Assembly (NCBI GenBank): GCA_963705705.1
Contig: CAVPKK010000003.1
Span: 32,001-96,000, forward strand
Direction of reading: 5' to 3'
Source of the DNA: an uncultured bacterium
GTDB taxonomy: Bacteria > Babelota > Babeliae > Babelales > JABCYS01
DNA: 64,000 nt
The notes below the pieces were generated by a model. That model saw only the letters and a list, made by a program, of their open reading frames with translations, had not been told where the DNA came from and did not search any database. This document shows, piece by piece, positions 19,706-28,606 of the stretch. The position numbers and the translations under genes are program-made. Each line of letters starts with the position of its first letter. The stretch's first letter is position 1.

Positions 19706-20881
19706 ATGCAACAATTCAGAAAAATAGCTTTAATCCTTTCAGTTTTATGCGGCTCAACTTTTGGCATTTATTTTTTCAATAAGCCAAAGCAGTCACAACC
19801 ATTGATCCAACTTGATCAGGTTGGTGCCAACTTGCAGCTTACAAGCATTTATGGGACTACGGTTATCCATGAACCGGTTTTAATTGAACTCATACAAAGT
19901 CCAGCCTTTGAGCGTCTAAAGCACGTTCGTCAATACGGTGTAATGTGTCATGTTCGGCCAAACGAACCTGAATATACTCGATATCAGCATTCATTAGGGG
20001 TGTTCCATATCACCCGGATGTATGGCGCGCCATTATCCGAGCAAGTTGCCGCCTTATTGCATGATGTTTCGCATACCGTATTCTCGCATGTGGGTGATCG
20101 ACTCTTTAGCACAAATTATTTTATACCCGGCAATAATTCTTATCAGGACAATATTCATATGTGGTACCTGGAAAAAACGGGGATCATGAGCCTGTTAAAA
20201 AAACATGGCATGGCCGATGCGTGCACGGAGGAAGCGAAAAAGAACCAGCTTTGTTTTGAGCAGCCGTCTCCTGATTTATGCGCGGATCGAATTGAATATA
20301 ATATTACCGGTGGTTTTATTGATGGCATGATTACGCAGGATGAGGTTGCAGCATTAGTGAACAGCCTGCATTTTGAGAATAATCAATGGTATTTCGATAC
20401 TATTGAGCAGGCAAAGAAATTCTCACAAATATCGATTCGCTTATCGGAACAGCGCTGGGGTTCTGGATGGAGTGTTTTTGTTGATCAATGCGCTGCAGCT
20501 GCGTTAAAACGCGCCGTAGAACTTGAGATTCTAACGCATCATGATATTAATTTTTCTACCGATGATGCCGTATGGGAAAAATTAGTGGCGAGCTCAGATG
20601 ATGAAATCATGAGCAATGTGCAGCGAATAAAAAACTATGAAGAACATTTTGAGTTGGCAGAAAAATCAAACAATACAATTTTTCTTCGTGGCAAGTTTAG
20701 TGGTACAAACCCTATGGTAAAGACTGCCGCAGGCTTCCAACGAATTCGCGATCTTGATGATGCTCTTAACATAGAATTTGATCAGGTAAAGACTGCTTTA
20801 ACAAATGGTTATCATGGGAGACTTAAGATTAAGCCAAATGATGTGACTAGGGCCGCGGCCGGTGACATCAAATTTGCCTGA
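19706..20881 (+). CDS. HD-domain phosphohydrolase (SAMHD1/dNTPase-like subfamily) with N-terminal anchor
   Basis: FERLKHVRQYG, TRYQHSLGV, ALLHDVSH, ADRIEY; hydrophobic N-terminus. Confidence 0.88.
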   Translation: MQQFRKIALILSVLCGSTFGIYFFNKPKQSQPLIQLDQVGANLQLTSIYGTTVIHEPVLIELIQSPAFERLKHVRQYGVMCHVRPNEPEYTRYQHSLGVFHITRMYGAPLSEQVAALLHDVSHTVFSHVGDRLFSTNYFIPGNNSYQDNIHMWYLEKTGIMSLLKKHGMADACTEEAKKNQLCFEQPSPDLCADRIEYNITGGFIDGMITQDEVAALVNSLHFENNQWYFDTIEQAKKFSQISIRLSEQRWGSGWSVFVDQCAAAALKRAVELEILTHHDINFSTDDAVWEKLVASSDDEIMSNVQRIKNYEEHFELAEKSNNTIFLRGKFSGTNPMVKTAAGFQRIRDLDDALNIEFDQVKTALTNGYHGRLKIKPNDVTRAAAGDIKFA

Positions 20882-20995
20882 TGTCCGCTTCTCATATACA
20901 TTCTCCGTCACTTAACCAGAACTCAAGATCCTATAAATTATTTTCCTAGTGCTTGTATCATCGTAAAAAGTATCAAACAAGCAAAAAAATGGAGA

Positions 20996-21015
20996 CAGGA
21001 GGCTTTAGCCTCCTG
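20996..21015. other. perfect hairpin caggaggct-tt-agcctcctg upstream of brnQ
   Basis: 9-bp perfect inverted repeat followed by a G-rich tract. Confidence 0.5.
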
Positions 21016-21182
21016 ACGACATTGGGGAGGGGTGTTAGGGGAGGGAACGGACCCTTAGCATTAATTTGCGATCTTATTTGAGTTTGTGATACATGTTCAG
21101 CTTTATGACCCCCATCTGCATCATCGCATGAAATGGCCGAACTTAAAGCAGTATTGATTACTAAAATTGGATATATCCTGAC

Positions 21183-22322
21183 ATGAAGACCGCACAAATA
21201 TTATCAATCGGTACTGCATTGTTCGCCATGTTCTTCGGAGCTGGCAACGTAATTTTCCCTTTAGACCTGGGACGTCTTTTAGACGATAAAGTTTTTTATG
21301 CTATACCCGGCCTGTTTATCTCAGGCGTGATGATGCCCATTATCGGAGTTTATGCAGGGGTATTATTTAAGGGCGACTATCGAGCATTATTTCATAAGAT
21401 AGGCGCAATCCCTGGGGAATTATTGATCCTGATATGTATGCTGACCATCGGCCCGCTTGGAGCAATACCGCGGACGCTTACTTTGGCTCACGCTGGATTT
21501 GCCTGGTATTTCCCTTCGTTGCCAATGGGATTATTCATTATCGCTGCCGGGCTGGTCATTCTCTTTTTCACGATTAAGGAATCGAAAGTCCTTTCTTTTA
21601 TTGGCAAGGTTTTAGCGCCGATCAAAATCGCGCTTCTTTCTTTGATTATTCTTTGTGGCTTGTGGCTTGCGCAGCCATTAGCTCACAGCGACATTTCTTC
21701 TGCAGAAAGTTTCTTTAGGGGGCTATATCAAGGGTACGATACCCTGGATTTGCTTGTGGCACTATTCTTTGCACGCCTTATTTATGTTGGTCTTGATGCT
21801 GAAACTCTTTCGCATCCCAACAGCGTTCGCATTGGCTTGCTTAAAGCCAGCGCATTTGGAGCCGTATTACTTGGGCTCATTTATAGCGGGTTTATGTTGA
21901 CGAGCGCCTTCCATGCTGACCAGATCCCAGATGTTGGGCGTGCGAAATTGGTGTTTGCTCTTGGCGATTTGCTCCTTGGAAAACTTGGCCTCATTGCAAG
22001 CTTTACCGTCGCTTTTGCTACCCTCACTACGGCTATTGCCTTGACGGCAGTATTTGCTGATTATCTGAGCAAGGATATTTTGCGAGGCTATTTGACTTAT
22101 GGAATGTCGGTATTTTTGAGTGTAATTGTAACCTGCGGCTTGGCGATGCTTGGCTTTGAGGGTGTAGCAAAAATTATTACCCCAGTTGCAGTTATTTGCT
22201 ATCCTGCCCTGATCGTTTTAGCAATTACCGGGATCCTGAATAAATTATATGGATTTGAGCATATTAAGTTGCCGGTATTTATTACATTGGCGACCACATT
22301 ACTGGTAACATTTGTTATTTAA
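21183..22322 (+). CDS. brnQ: branched-chain amino acid transport system II carrier
   Basis: ALFAMFFGAGNVIFP, IGPLGAIPRT, GYDTLD, LTTAIAL; polytopic membrane protein. Confidence 0.93.
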   Translation: MKTAQILSIGTALFAMFFGAGNVIFPLDLGRLLDDKVFYAIPGLFISGVMMPIIGVYAGVLFKGDYRALFHKIGAIPGELLILICMLTIGPLGAIPRTLTLAHAGFAWYFPSLPMGLFIIAAGLVILFFTIKESKVLSFIGKVLAPIKIALLSLIILCGLWLAQPLAHSDISSAESFFRGLYQGYDTLDLLVALFFARLIYVGLDAETLSHPNSVRIGLLKASAFGAVLLGLIYSGFMLTSAFHADQIPDVGRAKLVFALGDLLLGKLGLIASFTVAFATLTTAIALTAVFADYLSKDILRGYLTYGMSVFLSVIVTCGLAMLGFEGVAKIITPVAVICYPALIVLAITGILNKLYGFEHIKLPVFITLATTLLVTFVI

Positions 22323-22366
22323 TGATTTACAAAATAAGTTTCTCAAACTAACAAGATCGAAATGGT

Positions 22367-22402
22367 CGCGCTCATTCTGAGTTTATCGAAGAATAAAGCG
22401 CG
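22367..22402. repeat. degenerate palindromic REP-like unit
   Basis: cgcgctcattctgagtttatcgaagaataaagcgcg, closed by cgcgct/agcgcg. Confidence 0.7.
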
Positions 22403-22422
22403 TAAATCAAAGGGCAAAAAAA

Positions 22423-23046
22423 ATGACACAGCAAATAACACAAAAACCAGTTCATCAAGCAATATCGGATGAACAGATTTTAGTTGTACGCACCGCTCGA
22501 TTATTCCCATTCGGCTCTTGGCATGGGATCCATGCTACAGACTTTGACGCCTATATAAAATTAATTAGCGATGCACGCGAATTTATGCCCCGGGCACAGA
22601 TGGAGCAAGATCCAAACTATAAGCAAATTATTCCCTACTTGGTCTTTGCTTATGGTGATCGCTATTTTTTGATGCAACGTACATCGAAAAGCACCGAACA
22701 GCGCTTACAAAATAAATATTCATTGGGCATCGGCGGCCATATGCGTGAAGAAGATATGACCGGTTCCTCGATATTTGATTGGGCTAAGCGGGAATTCCAT
22801 GAGGAAGTGAGCTATGAAGGTAATTTTGAAATAGAACCAATCGGTCTTTTGAATGATGATTCAAATGCCGTGGGCCAAGTTCACTTAGGATTGGTGTTAT
22901 TGTTGAAGGGTGATTCTTCTGACATTAAAGTAAAATCTGAGCTTAAGAGTGGTGTATTATTAAGCCTGGAAGAACTTAAGGACTTCAGACCGCACATGGA
23001 AAACTGGAGCCAGTTTGTTTTTGATATGTTGGTAAAAAAGATTTAA
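22423..23046 (+). CDS. NUDIX-family phosphoesterase (COG4112/YmaB-like)
   Basis: EQDPNYKQIIPY, SLGIGGH, REFHEEV, VGQVHLG. Confidence 0.88.
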   Translation: MTQQITQKPVHQAISDEQILVVRTARLFPFGSWHGIHATDFDAYIKLISDAREFMPRAQMEQDPNYKQIIPYLVFAYGDRYFLMQRTSKSTEQRLQNKYSLGIGGHMREEDMTGSSIFDWAKREFHEEVSYEGNFEIEPIGLLNDDSNAVGQVHLGLVLLLKGDSSDIKVKSELKSGVLLSLEELKDFRPHMENWSQFVFDMLVKKI

Positions 23047-23054
23047 GGAAAATC

Positions 23055-23558
23055 ATGAATACAAAAAATATTTTAATGGTATCAGCAGCATGTTGCGCAA
23101 TATTATCTGGATGTTGCAGCAACTGCTCACAAAACAAACAACAACCAACATCCCCCGCCGCCACTAAAGCTATGGGGAATCGAAAAGAAGAAACAAACAT
23201 GGAACAACAAAACAAAAAAGTTCGTCTACCCTCGGGCCTGGAATATGAAGTAATTAAGGCGGCCCCGGCCAATGCTCCCCATCCAGCCAAGGGCCAAAAT
23301 GTGGTAGTTAACTATACCGGTTGGTTAACCAATGGCCAAAAGTTTGATAGTTCAATTGATCGCGGCCAGCCATTTGTGTTCCGCGTTGGCATGGGCCAGG
23401 TTATTAAGGGATGGGATGAAGGCGTAATGCTTATGAAAGTAGGCGATAAATGGCGCTTCACTATTCCTGCAGATCTAGCATATGGTAATCGTGCAATCAG
23501 CGTAATTCCAGCAAATAGCACGTTGATCTTCGAAGTCGAATTACTTGGTGTTTCATAG
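23055..23558 (+). CDS. FKBP-type peptidyl-prolyl isomerase, lipoprotein
   Basis: LSGC lipobox; NYTGWL, FDSS, VIKGWDEG, IPADLAYG, TLIFEVELL. Confidence 0.95.
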   Translation: MNTKNILMVSAACCAILSGCCSNCSQNKQQPTSPAATKAMGNRKEETNMEQQNKKVRLPSGLEYEVIKAAPANAPHPAKGQNVVVNYTGWLTNGQKFDSSIDRGQPFVFRVGMGQVIKGWDEGVMLMKVGDKWRFTIPADLAYGNRAISVIPANSTLIFEVELLGVS

Positions 23559-23590
23559 TTTGAATCTGAGTAAGCAGCTAATTTTGAATT

Positions 23591-23633
23591 AAAAGAACCC
23601 GCTCATCTTCCAAAAGAGAGCGGGTTCTTTTTT
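23591..23633. terminator. bidirectional rho-independent terminator
   Basis: aaaagaacccgctc / gagcgggttctttt stem with A and T tails between convergent genes. Confidence 0.85.
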
Positions 23634-23656
23634 GCGCAATTTAAATTGATTGAGGA

Positions 23657-24421
23657 TTAAGCCTTAGGCCACCACGGAATGAAAATACTTGTTTTGCGTT
23701 TGTAATCCGCAAACTCTGGGTTCTTCGCCAAGGCCGCTTCTACCCATGGAACTCCGGTAACGAATAAGAGCATGGTAGTTATCGTAGCTGGGGCAATAAT
23801 TGCATAAACGCCATGAGGAACAGAAAGCGTCATCAAAAAAATGCCCCACCACATGGTGACTTCGCCAAAATAATTGGGATGGCGAGAATATCGCCATAAA
23901 CCTGTTCGTAATAAATGGCCTTTATTGGTTGGATTCTTCATAAACACATATAGCTCATAGTCGCTTACTGATTCAAAAAAGTAACCGATAAGCCAAATGC
24001 CAATGCCAAGGAAATCGAGTGGGTTTAGACCTGGCACGATGCTGGTATTAATGATAATTGCCGGCACTGACATAACGGCTGTCAAAAATAGCTGCCCACC
24101 AAAGATATAGATCAGATTAAAAGCTAAGGCTTTAAAACCCTTTTGTTTCCAAGATAAAAAGCGGGGATCATTTCCGCGATAGCGAAGATAAACATACGTC
24201 ATGAGTCGTAATGCCCATATTGCGATCATTAACGTGACAATGAGTTGCCGGGCAAGGTACAGATCCGTTCGCATTAATGTATAAAGTGCCACGATCAAAC
24301 AGCCGCCAGTCCATGAACTGTTTGCGATACTTGTATCTTCTTTGATTTGCACAAGAGCAACAGCGCCTGCAAAATATAAGGCGAGGATGATAATAAGGGG
24401 GATGAAAAAGTTAATAGGCAT
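23657..24421 (-). CDS. DUF1295 family membrane protein (steroid 5-alpha-reductase/ICMT clan)
   Basis: WALRL, DPRF, TGLWRYSRHPNYFGE, TSIFIPW. Confidence 0.9.
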   Translation of the reverse strand: MPINFFIPLIIILALYFAGAVALVQIKEDTSIANSSWTGGCLIVALYTLMRTDLYLARQLIVTLMIAIWALRLMTYVYLRYRGNDPRFLSWKQKGFKALAFNLIYIFGGQLFLTAVMSVPAIIINTSIVPGLNPLDFLGIGIWLIGYFFESVSDYELYVFMKNPTNKGHLLRTGLWRYSRHPNYFGEVTMWWGIFLMTLSVPHGVYAIIAPATITTMLLFVTGVPWVEAALAKNPEFADYKRKTSIFIPWWPKA

Positions 24422-24510
24422 GATTCTCCTTTATTAAAGACCATTTGAGGATAGCCGCCTACAGTTTTAGTTTGCAATATATTATTGTGATTTCTTAGGA
24501 TTCGGCCAGG

Positions 24511-25866
24511 TTACTGAAGCTTATGCGCATCTTGAGATCTTTTAATAATCTCAATATACGGCTGCGCACTTTTTCGCAATGTTCTTTTCTTGGATACCAT
24601 ATCGACGGCATACAAACCAAATTTTTTGGCGAAACCCTCCGACCATTCATAATTATCTAAAAGTGACCAATAAAAACAGCCACGCACATCCGCGCCTTCT
24701 TCAATAGCTTTTGAAATGGCATATAAGTAGGTCCTTATCATTTCCGGACGAATTGTGTCATCAGCATCAGAAACCCCAGTTTCTGTGATAATAATTGGCA
24801 CATTGAGTTTTCCCAACAGTTTAATCGCAAGGTACATGCCTTCGGGATAGAGTGAATATGCCACGCTTGTATGAATTTCTTGTGGTTTGAAATCAACCTT
24901 CAGATAAGTGAGCAAGCTCGTATCATTGGGTAGCTTCAACATAACGTGGGTATAATATTGCAGTCCAATAAAATCTAGACGCGGGTGCTCTTGAGCGGAA
25001 TCATCTATATAAACACTGGTATCAGGAACCGGAATAAACCAACTAAAGATGCCAGTTTTGAAGTATTGGGTAATAGCATTGTGAGAATAATGGTTAAGCA
25101 TAGTAATGATTAATGCTTTATCCGGATTGCTTGGCTCATCTGAATCAAGAAACGTGATACTGTGTGCGATGCCGACCTGTGCAGCAGCGCCACCTTCGCA
25201 AGCTTTTATTGCTTTATACGCTAGATTATGGGCTTGCAAAAGATTATAGGTAACTGTGCCGGCTAGTTGCATAGAGGATTGGATGTCATTGAGCATTTTT
25301 CCCGGAGGCCAGAGACCAAGAATGTATCCTTGCGAAACGTACACGCCGGGTTCATTGATGGTGCACCAGATTTTTACGCCATGATTTTTGAGCGCTTCAA
25401 ACATCGTGATACAAAAACGAACGAAGTGCGCATTATTCTCTGCCTTTTCAAATGCGCCTTTTTCTTCAAACCATAATGGATGTACAAAATGATGAAGAGT
25501 AACTACCGGCTGCATTCCGGCGGCGATGAGATTGTCGCAAAATGTTTGGTAATGAGCTATGACCTTTTCGTCATACACTCCTGCGCTTGGCTCGATTTTG
25601 TCCCAAGCAACTGAAAAGCGATATGCATTAACGTCTAATGCTTTGGCGCACGTAATATCTTCTGCGGGTCGATTATAGGAGTCACAGGCGGATCCAGAAG
25701 GCGGCGTTTTACCCTGGCGTTCCCAGTGTGCCCAGTTTGAATCAGGACAATTTTCTGCACCCGAAACTTGATATTCCGAAACCGCGACGCCCCAGATAAA
25801 ATCGTTAGGAAATTTAGTTTTGCTGGTATCTATGTTGGTCCAATCCCAGCGGAATTCATTCATCAT
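24511..25866 (-). CDS. glycoside hydrolase family 1 (no signal peptide)
   Basis: FIWGVAVSEYQ, YRFSVAW, TLHHF, acid/base TINEP, nucleophile ITETG, YWSLLDNYEW. Confidence 0.95.
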   Translation of the reverse strand: MMNEFRWDWTNIDTSKTKFPNDFIWGVAVSEYQVSGAENCPDSNWAHWERQGKTPPSGSACDSYNRPAEDITCAKALDVNAYRFSVAWDKIEPSAGVYDEKVIAHYQTFCDNLIAAGMQPVVTLHHFVHPLWFEEKGAFEKAENNAHFVRFCITMFEALKNHGVKIWCTINEPGVYVSQGYILGLWPPGKMLNDIQSSMQLAGTVTYNLLQAHNLAYKAIKACEGGAAAQVGIAHSITFLDSDEPSNPDKALIITMLNHYSHNAITQYFKTGIFSWFIPVPDTSVYIDDSAQEHPRLDFIGLQYYTHVMLKLPNDTSLLTYLKVDFKPQEIHTSVAYSLYPEGMYLAIKLLGKLNVPIIITETGVSDADDTIRPEMIRTYLYAISKAIEEGADVRGCFYWSLLDNYEWSEGFAKKFGLYAVDMVSKKRTLRKSAQPYIEIIKRSQDAHKLQ

Positions 25867-25916
25867 TACTCTCTACGGATTTATATTTATTATATCGGAT
25901 TGGCAATGTCTTTTTT

Positions 25917-26026
25917 CCGCTCTGATCCTTCGATCCTTCGAGGGGCCTCAGGAGTGAACCCTTCGACAGTCATTTGAGTATCGAAGGCCTTTAGGTCTGA
26001 GCTTGTCGAAGACTCAGGATGAGCGG
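25917..26026. repeat. 110-bp composite palindromic element, copy 1
   Basis: Terminal ccgctc/gagcgg; internal CCTTCGA..CTCAGGA and CTGAG..TCGAAG units; aligns with 27594-27705. Confidence 0.85.
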
Positions 26027-26086
26027 TCTGCTAATCAAATTTTACAAAGAGTCCCGATGTTTTTACATAGCCTACAATAGGCTTAA

Positions 26087-27559
26087 TTACTGAATTTTAT
26101 GCTCTTCTTCGTGTCGTTTGATTGCTTCAATATAGGCGAGCGCCCCTTGGCGAAGCTTAGCTTCTTTAGTCTGAAAATCTACTTCATATAAGCCAAACTT
26201 TTTTTTGTATTCCAAATTCCATTCATAGTTATCTTTAAGTGACCAATAAAAGATACCACGAATATCTGCGCCTTCTTGAGCTGCTTGCGAAATCGCATAG
26301 AGATGTGTTCTGATCATATGAGCTCGACGATCATCTTTAGCATCGGCAATGCCCATTTCAGAAATGATAATAGGAATCTGTTTGCCATTAGCGCCCTTGA
26401 TCTCACCCATTAATTTAATAGCGCGATACATTCCCTCAGGATATATGCAATAGGGCATATCAGTTGGAATTTCTCCTTTTCGATAGGCAGGAACGCCAAA
26501 TTTGAAGCCATCATGGGTTGGCATCATTTTTTGTACAAGATTTTGCGGCATCACATACGACAGATATTCTCGTGGCCAGATATAGGGAAAATTCATCAAT
26601 ACATGTGAATAATATTGCAGACCAATAAAATCGAGTTTTGGCTTCAGATCATCTTGGGTATCATCAATCGATATGCTACGACATACGCCCGGAACATACC
26701 ATTTAAATTTGCCAGTTTTCACATACTGCGTAATCGCATCGTGAAACCAATGATTAACCATCTGAGTAACGATTTTTTCACCCGGATGCGTATCATGATA
26801 CGGTTCAAACAGTGTAATGCTATGGGTAAAGCCTACGTTCGATACATCGCCACCTTTGCACTTTTTTATTGCATTATATGTCTCAGTGTGGGCACGTATA
26901 AGGTTATAAGCAACCTGACCAGCTTGTTTAAAATCAGATGTTTTGCCAGGAGGGAATTCGCCATGGATATAGCCTTGGAAAACATAAACACCAGGCTCAT
27001 TAATGGTACACCAGGTAGTTACGCCATGATCTTTTAGTGCCTTGAACATGTTTGTACTAAACCGTACGAAATATTGGATATTATCTTCTTGTTCAAATGC
27101 ACCCATTTCCTCAAACCAAAGTGGATGTACAAAATGATGCAAGGTAACTACTGGCTGCATTCCTGCCTGCACCAGCTTGTCGCAGAAAAGTTGGTAATGT
27201 TTAATTGCTTCACCGTCAAAGTGGCCTTTTTTAGGCTCAATTTTTTCCCATGCGAGTGAAAATCTAAAAGCTTTTACGCCAAGTGCTTTTGCCTTTGCGA
27301 CATCATCATCCATGCGATTATATGAATCACAAGCAACACCCGATTTTGGCACGCGACCACTTTGCTCAAATGCTGACCAATTTGAAACACCGCAATTTTC
27401 AGCACCAGAGCATTGATATTCAGACTGAGCGACACCCCAAACCAACTCCTTTGGTAAGGTGATTTTACTCAGATCAATTTTCGACCAATCCCAGCGGAGC
27501 TCGGGTGCGAAAAGGGCGGAGGCGGAAATGGAAGCAAGAAATACTATTTTTTTGAACAT
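26087..27559 (-). CDS. glycoside hydrolase family 1, signal-peptide-bearing paralog
   Basis: MFKKIVFLASISASALFA leader; TINEP, ISEMG, YWSLKDNYEW. Confidence 0.95.
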   Translation of the reverse strand: MFKKIVFLASISASALFAPELRWDWSKIDLSKITLPKELVWGVAQSEYQCSGAENCGVSNWSAFEQSGRVPKSGVACDSYNRMDDDVAKAKALGVKAFRFSLAWEKIEPKKGHFDGEAIKHYQLFCDKLVQAGMQPVVTLHHFVHPLWFEEMGAFEQEDNIQYFVRFSTNMFKALKDHGVTTWCTINEPGVYVFQGYIHGEFPPGKTSDFKQAGQVAYNLIRAHTETYNAIKKCKGGDVSNVGFTHSITLFEPYHDTHPGEKIVTQMVNHWFHDAITQYVKTGKFKWYVPGVCRSISIDDTQDDLKPKLDFIGLQYYSHVLMNFPYIWPREYLSYVMPQNLVQKMMPTHDGFKFGVPAYRKGEIPTDMPYCIYPEGMYRAIKLMGEIKGANGKQIPIIISEMGIADAKDDRRAHMIRTHLYAISQAAQEGADIRGIFYWSLKDNYEWNLEYKKKFGLYEVDFQTKEAKLRQGALAYIEAIKRHEEEHKIQ

Positions 27560-27593
27560 TCTTAATCCAAACATGAGATTATTAAGTGCCATT

Positions 27594-27705
27594 CGCGCTC
27601 TGATCCTTCGATCCTTCGATAAACTCAGGAGTAAACCCTTCGACTCGTAAACATATCATCGAAGGACCTCATGCTGAGCCTCGTCGAAGCATCAGGTTGA
27701 GCGCG
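27594..27705. repeat. 112-bp composite palindromic element, copy 2
   Basis: Terminal cgcgctc/gagcgcg; same internal unit order as 25917-26026. Confidence 0.85.
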
Positions 27706-27808
27706 GCTAGCTTGTGTAGTTATTGAAATATTATATTTCCCAAAAATCTTAATGTGTTTTTCAATAACAACAACCGGTAAACTGGCAGCACCATTACAAT
27801 ATGAAAAC

Positions 27809-28159
27809 CTAAGGCTGGAAAAAAAAGCCGTTCAGGCCGCGATATGCAAAATATAAAAAGGCAAAGGTAAAACAGGCAATTTGGCCTCTTAATGACCAGA
27901 CTCCTAATTGATATTCCCTATTGAGCTCAGCAGGATCGCTATTTGCCTCGGTATGTGTAGCACTGAGCCATGCCAAACGTTCAACACTGGTCCATCCCCG
28001 ACGGATACCTTGAGAATGTTGCCATCTGATAAGCTCTTGATTATTGCGGTCTTGGCCGGAGATGGCGTCGCTTTTATTTGGCTCATTCATTGCATGCAAA
28101 GGGATGGTTAAAAGCAGACTCATTGCCAACCAGCTATTAAGATATAGTTTTTTTGTCAT
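27809..28159 (-). CDS. small secreted protein with C-terminal TM helix (tandem copy 1)
   Basis: AGGAG RBS; signal peptide ending LHA|MNE; close paralog of 28185-28532. Confidence 0.8.
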   Translation of the reverse strand: MTKKLYLNSWLAMSLLLTIPLHAMNEPNKSDAISGQDRNNQELIRWQHSQGIRRGWTSVERLAWLSATHTEANSDPAELNREYQLGVWSLRGQIACFTFAFLYFAYRGLNGFFFQP

Positions 28160-28184
28160 GCGTGCTCCTAGCAATTTATGAAAA

Positions 28185-28532
28185 TTATGGCTGGAAAAAA
28201 CTTGTCGTGGCCTGATAAACGATATAGGTGAGGGCAACAGTAAAACAGACAATTTGGCCTCTTAATGACCAGACTTGCAACTGATATTCCCTATTGAGCG
28301 CATCAGGATTGTTATTTGCTTGGGTATATATAGCACTGAGCCACGCCAAACGTTCAGTACTGCTCCATTCTCGCTGGACACCTTGAGAATGTTGCCATCT
28401 AATAAGCTCTTGATTATTACGGTTGTCTTGGCCGGAGATGGCATCATTTCTGTTAGATTCATTCATTGCATGCAAAAGAATGGTTGAAAGCATGCTCGTT
28501 ACCAAACAAATATGTAGGTATTTTTTTATCAC
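28185..28532 (-). CDS. small secreted protein with C-terminal TM helix (tandem copy 2)
   Basis: GTG start with AGGAG RBS; shared DAISGQD, NNQELIRWQHSQG, ERLAWLSA, LNREYQLxVWSLRGQI. Confidence 0.8.
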   Translation of the reverse strand: MIKKYLHICLVTSMLSTILLHAMNESNRNDAISGQDNRNNQELIRWQHSQGVQREWSSTERLAWLSAIYTQANNNPDALNREYQLQVWSLRGQIVCFTVALTYIVYQATTSFFQP

Positions 28533-28606
28533 GATTTGCTCCTAGCAATTGACGAAATATTGGAGCTAAGGATATAAATTTTCGCGGCAAGATAAATAGT
28601 AGCGTT

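Noticed and set aside
25917..27705. Possible CRISPR repeats (recurrent CCTTCGA/TCGAAG units)
   Set aside because: No regular repeat-spacer period, units are both direct and inverted, and no cas genes
28160..28252. Extended start of ORF 27809-28252
   Set aside because: Overlaps the upstream paralog; paralog alignment and RBS support ATG 28159
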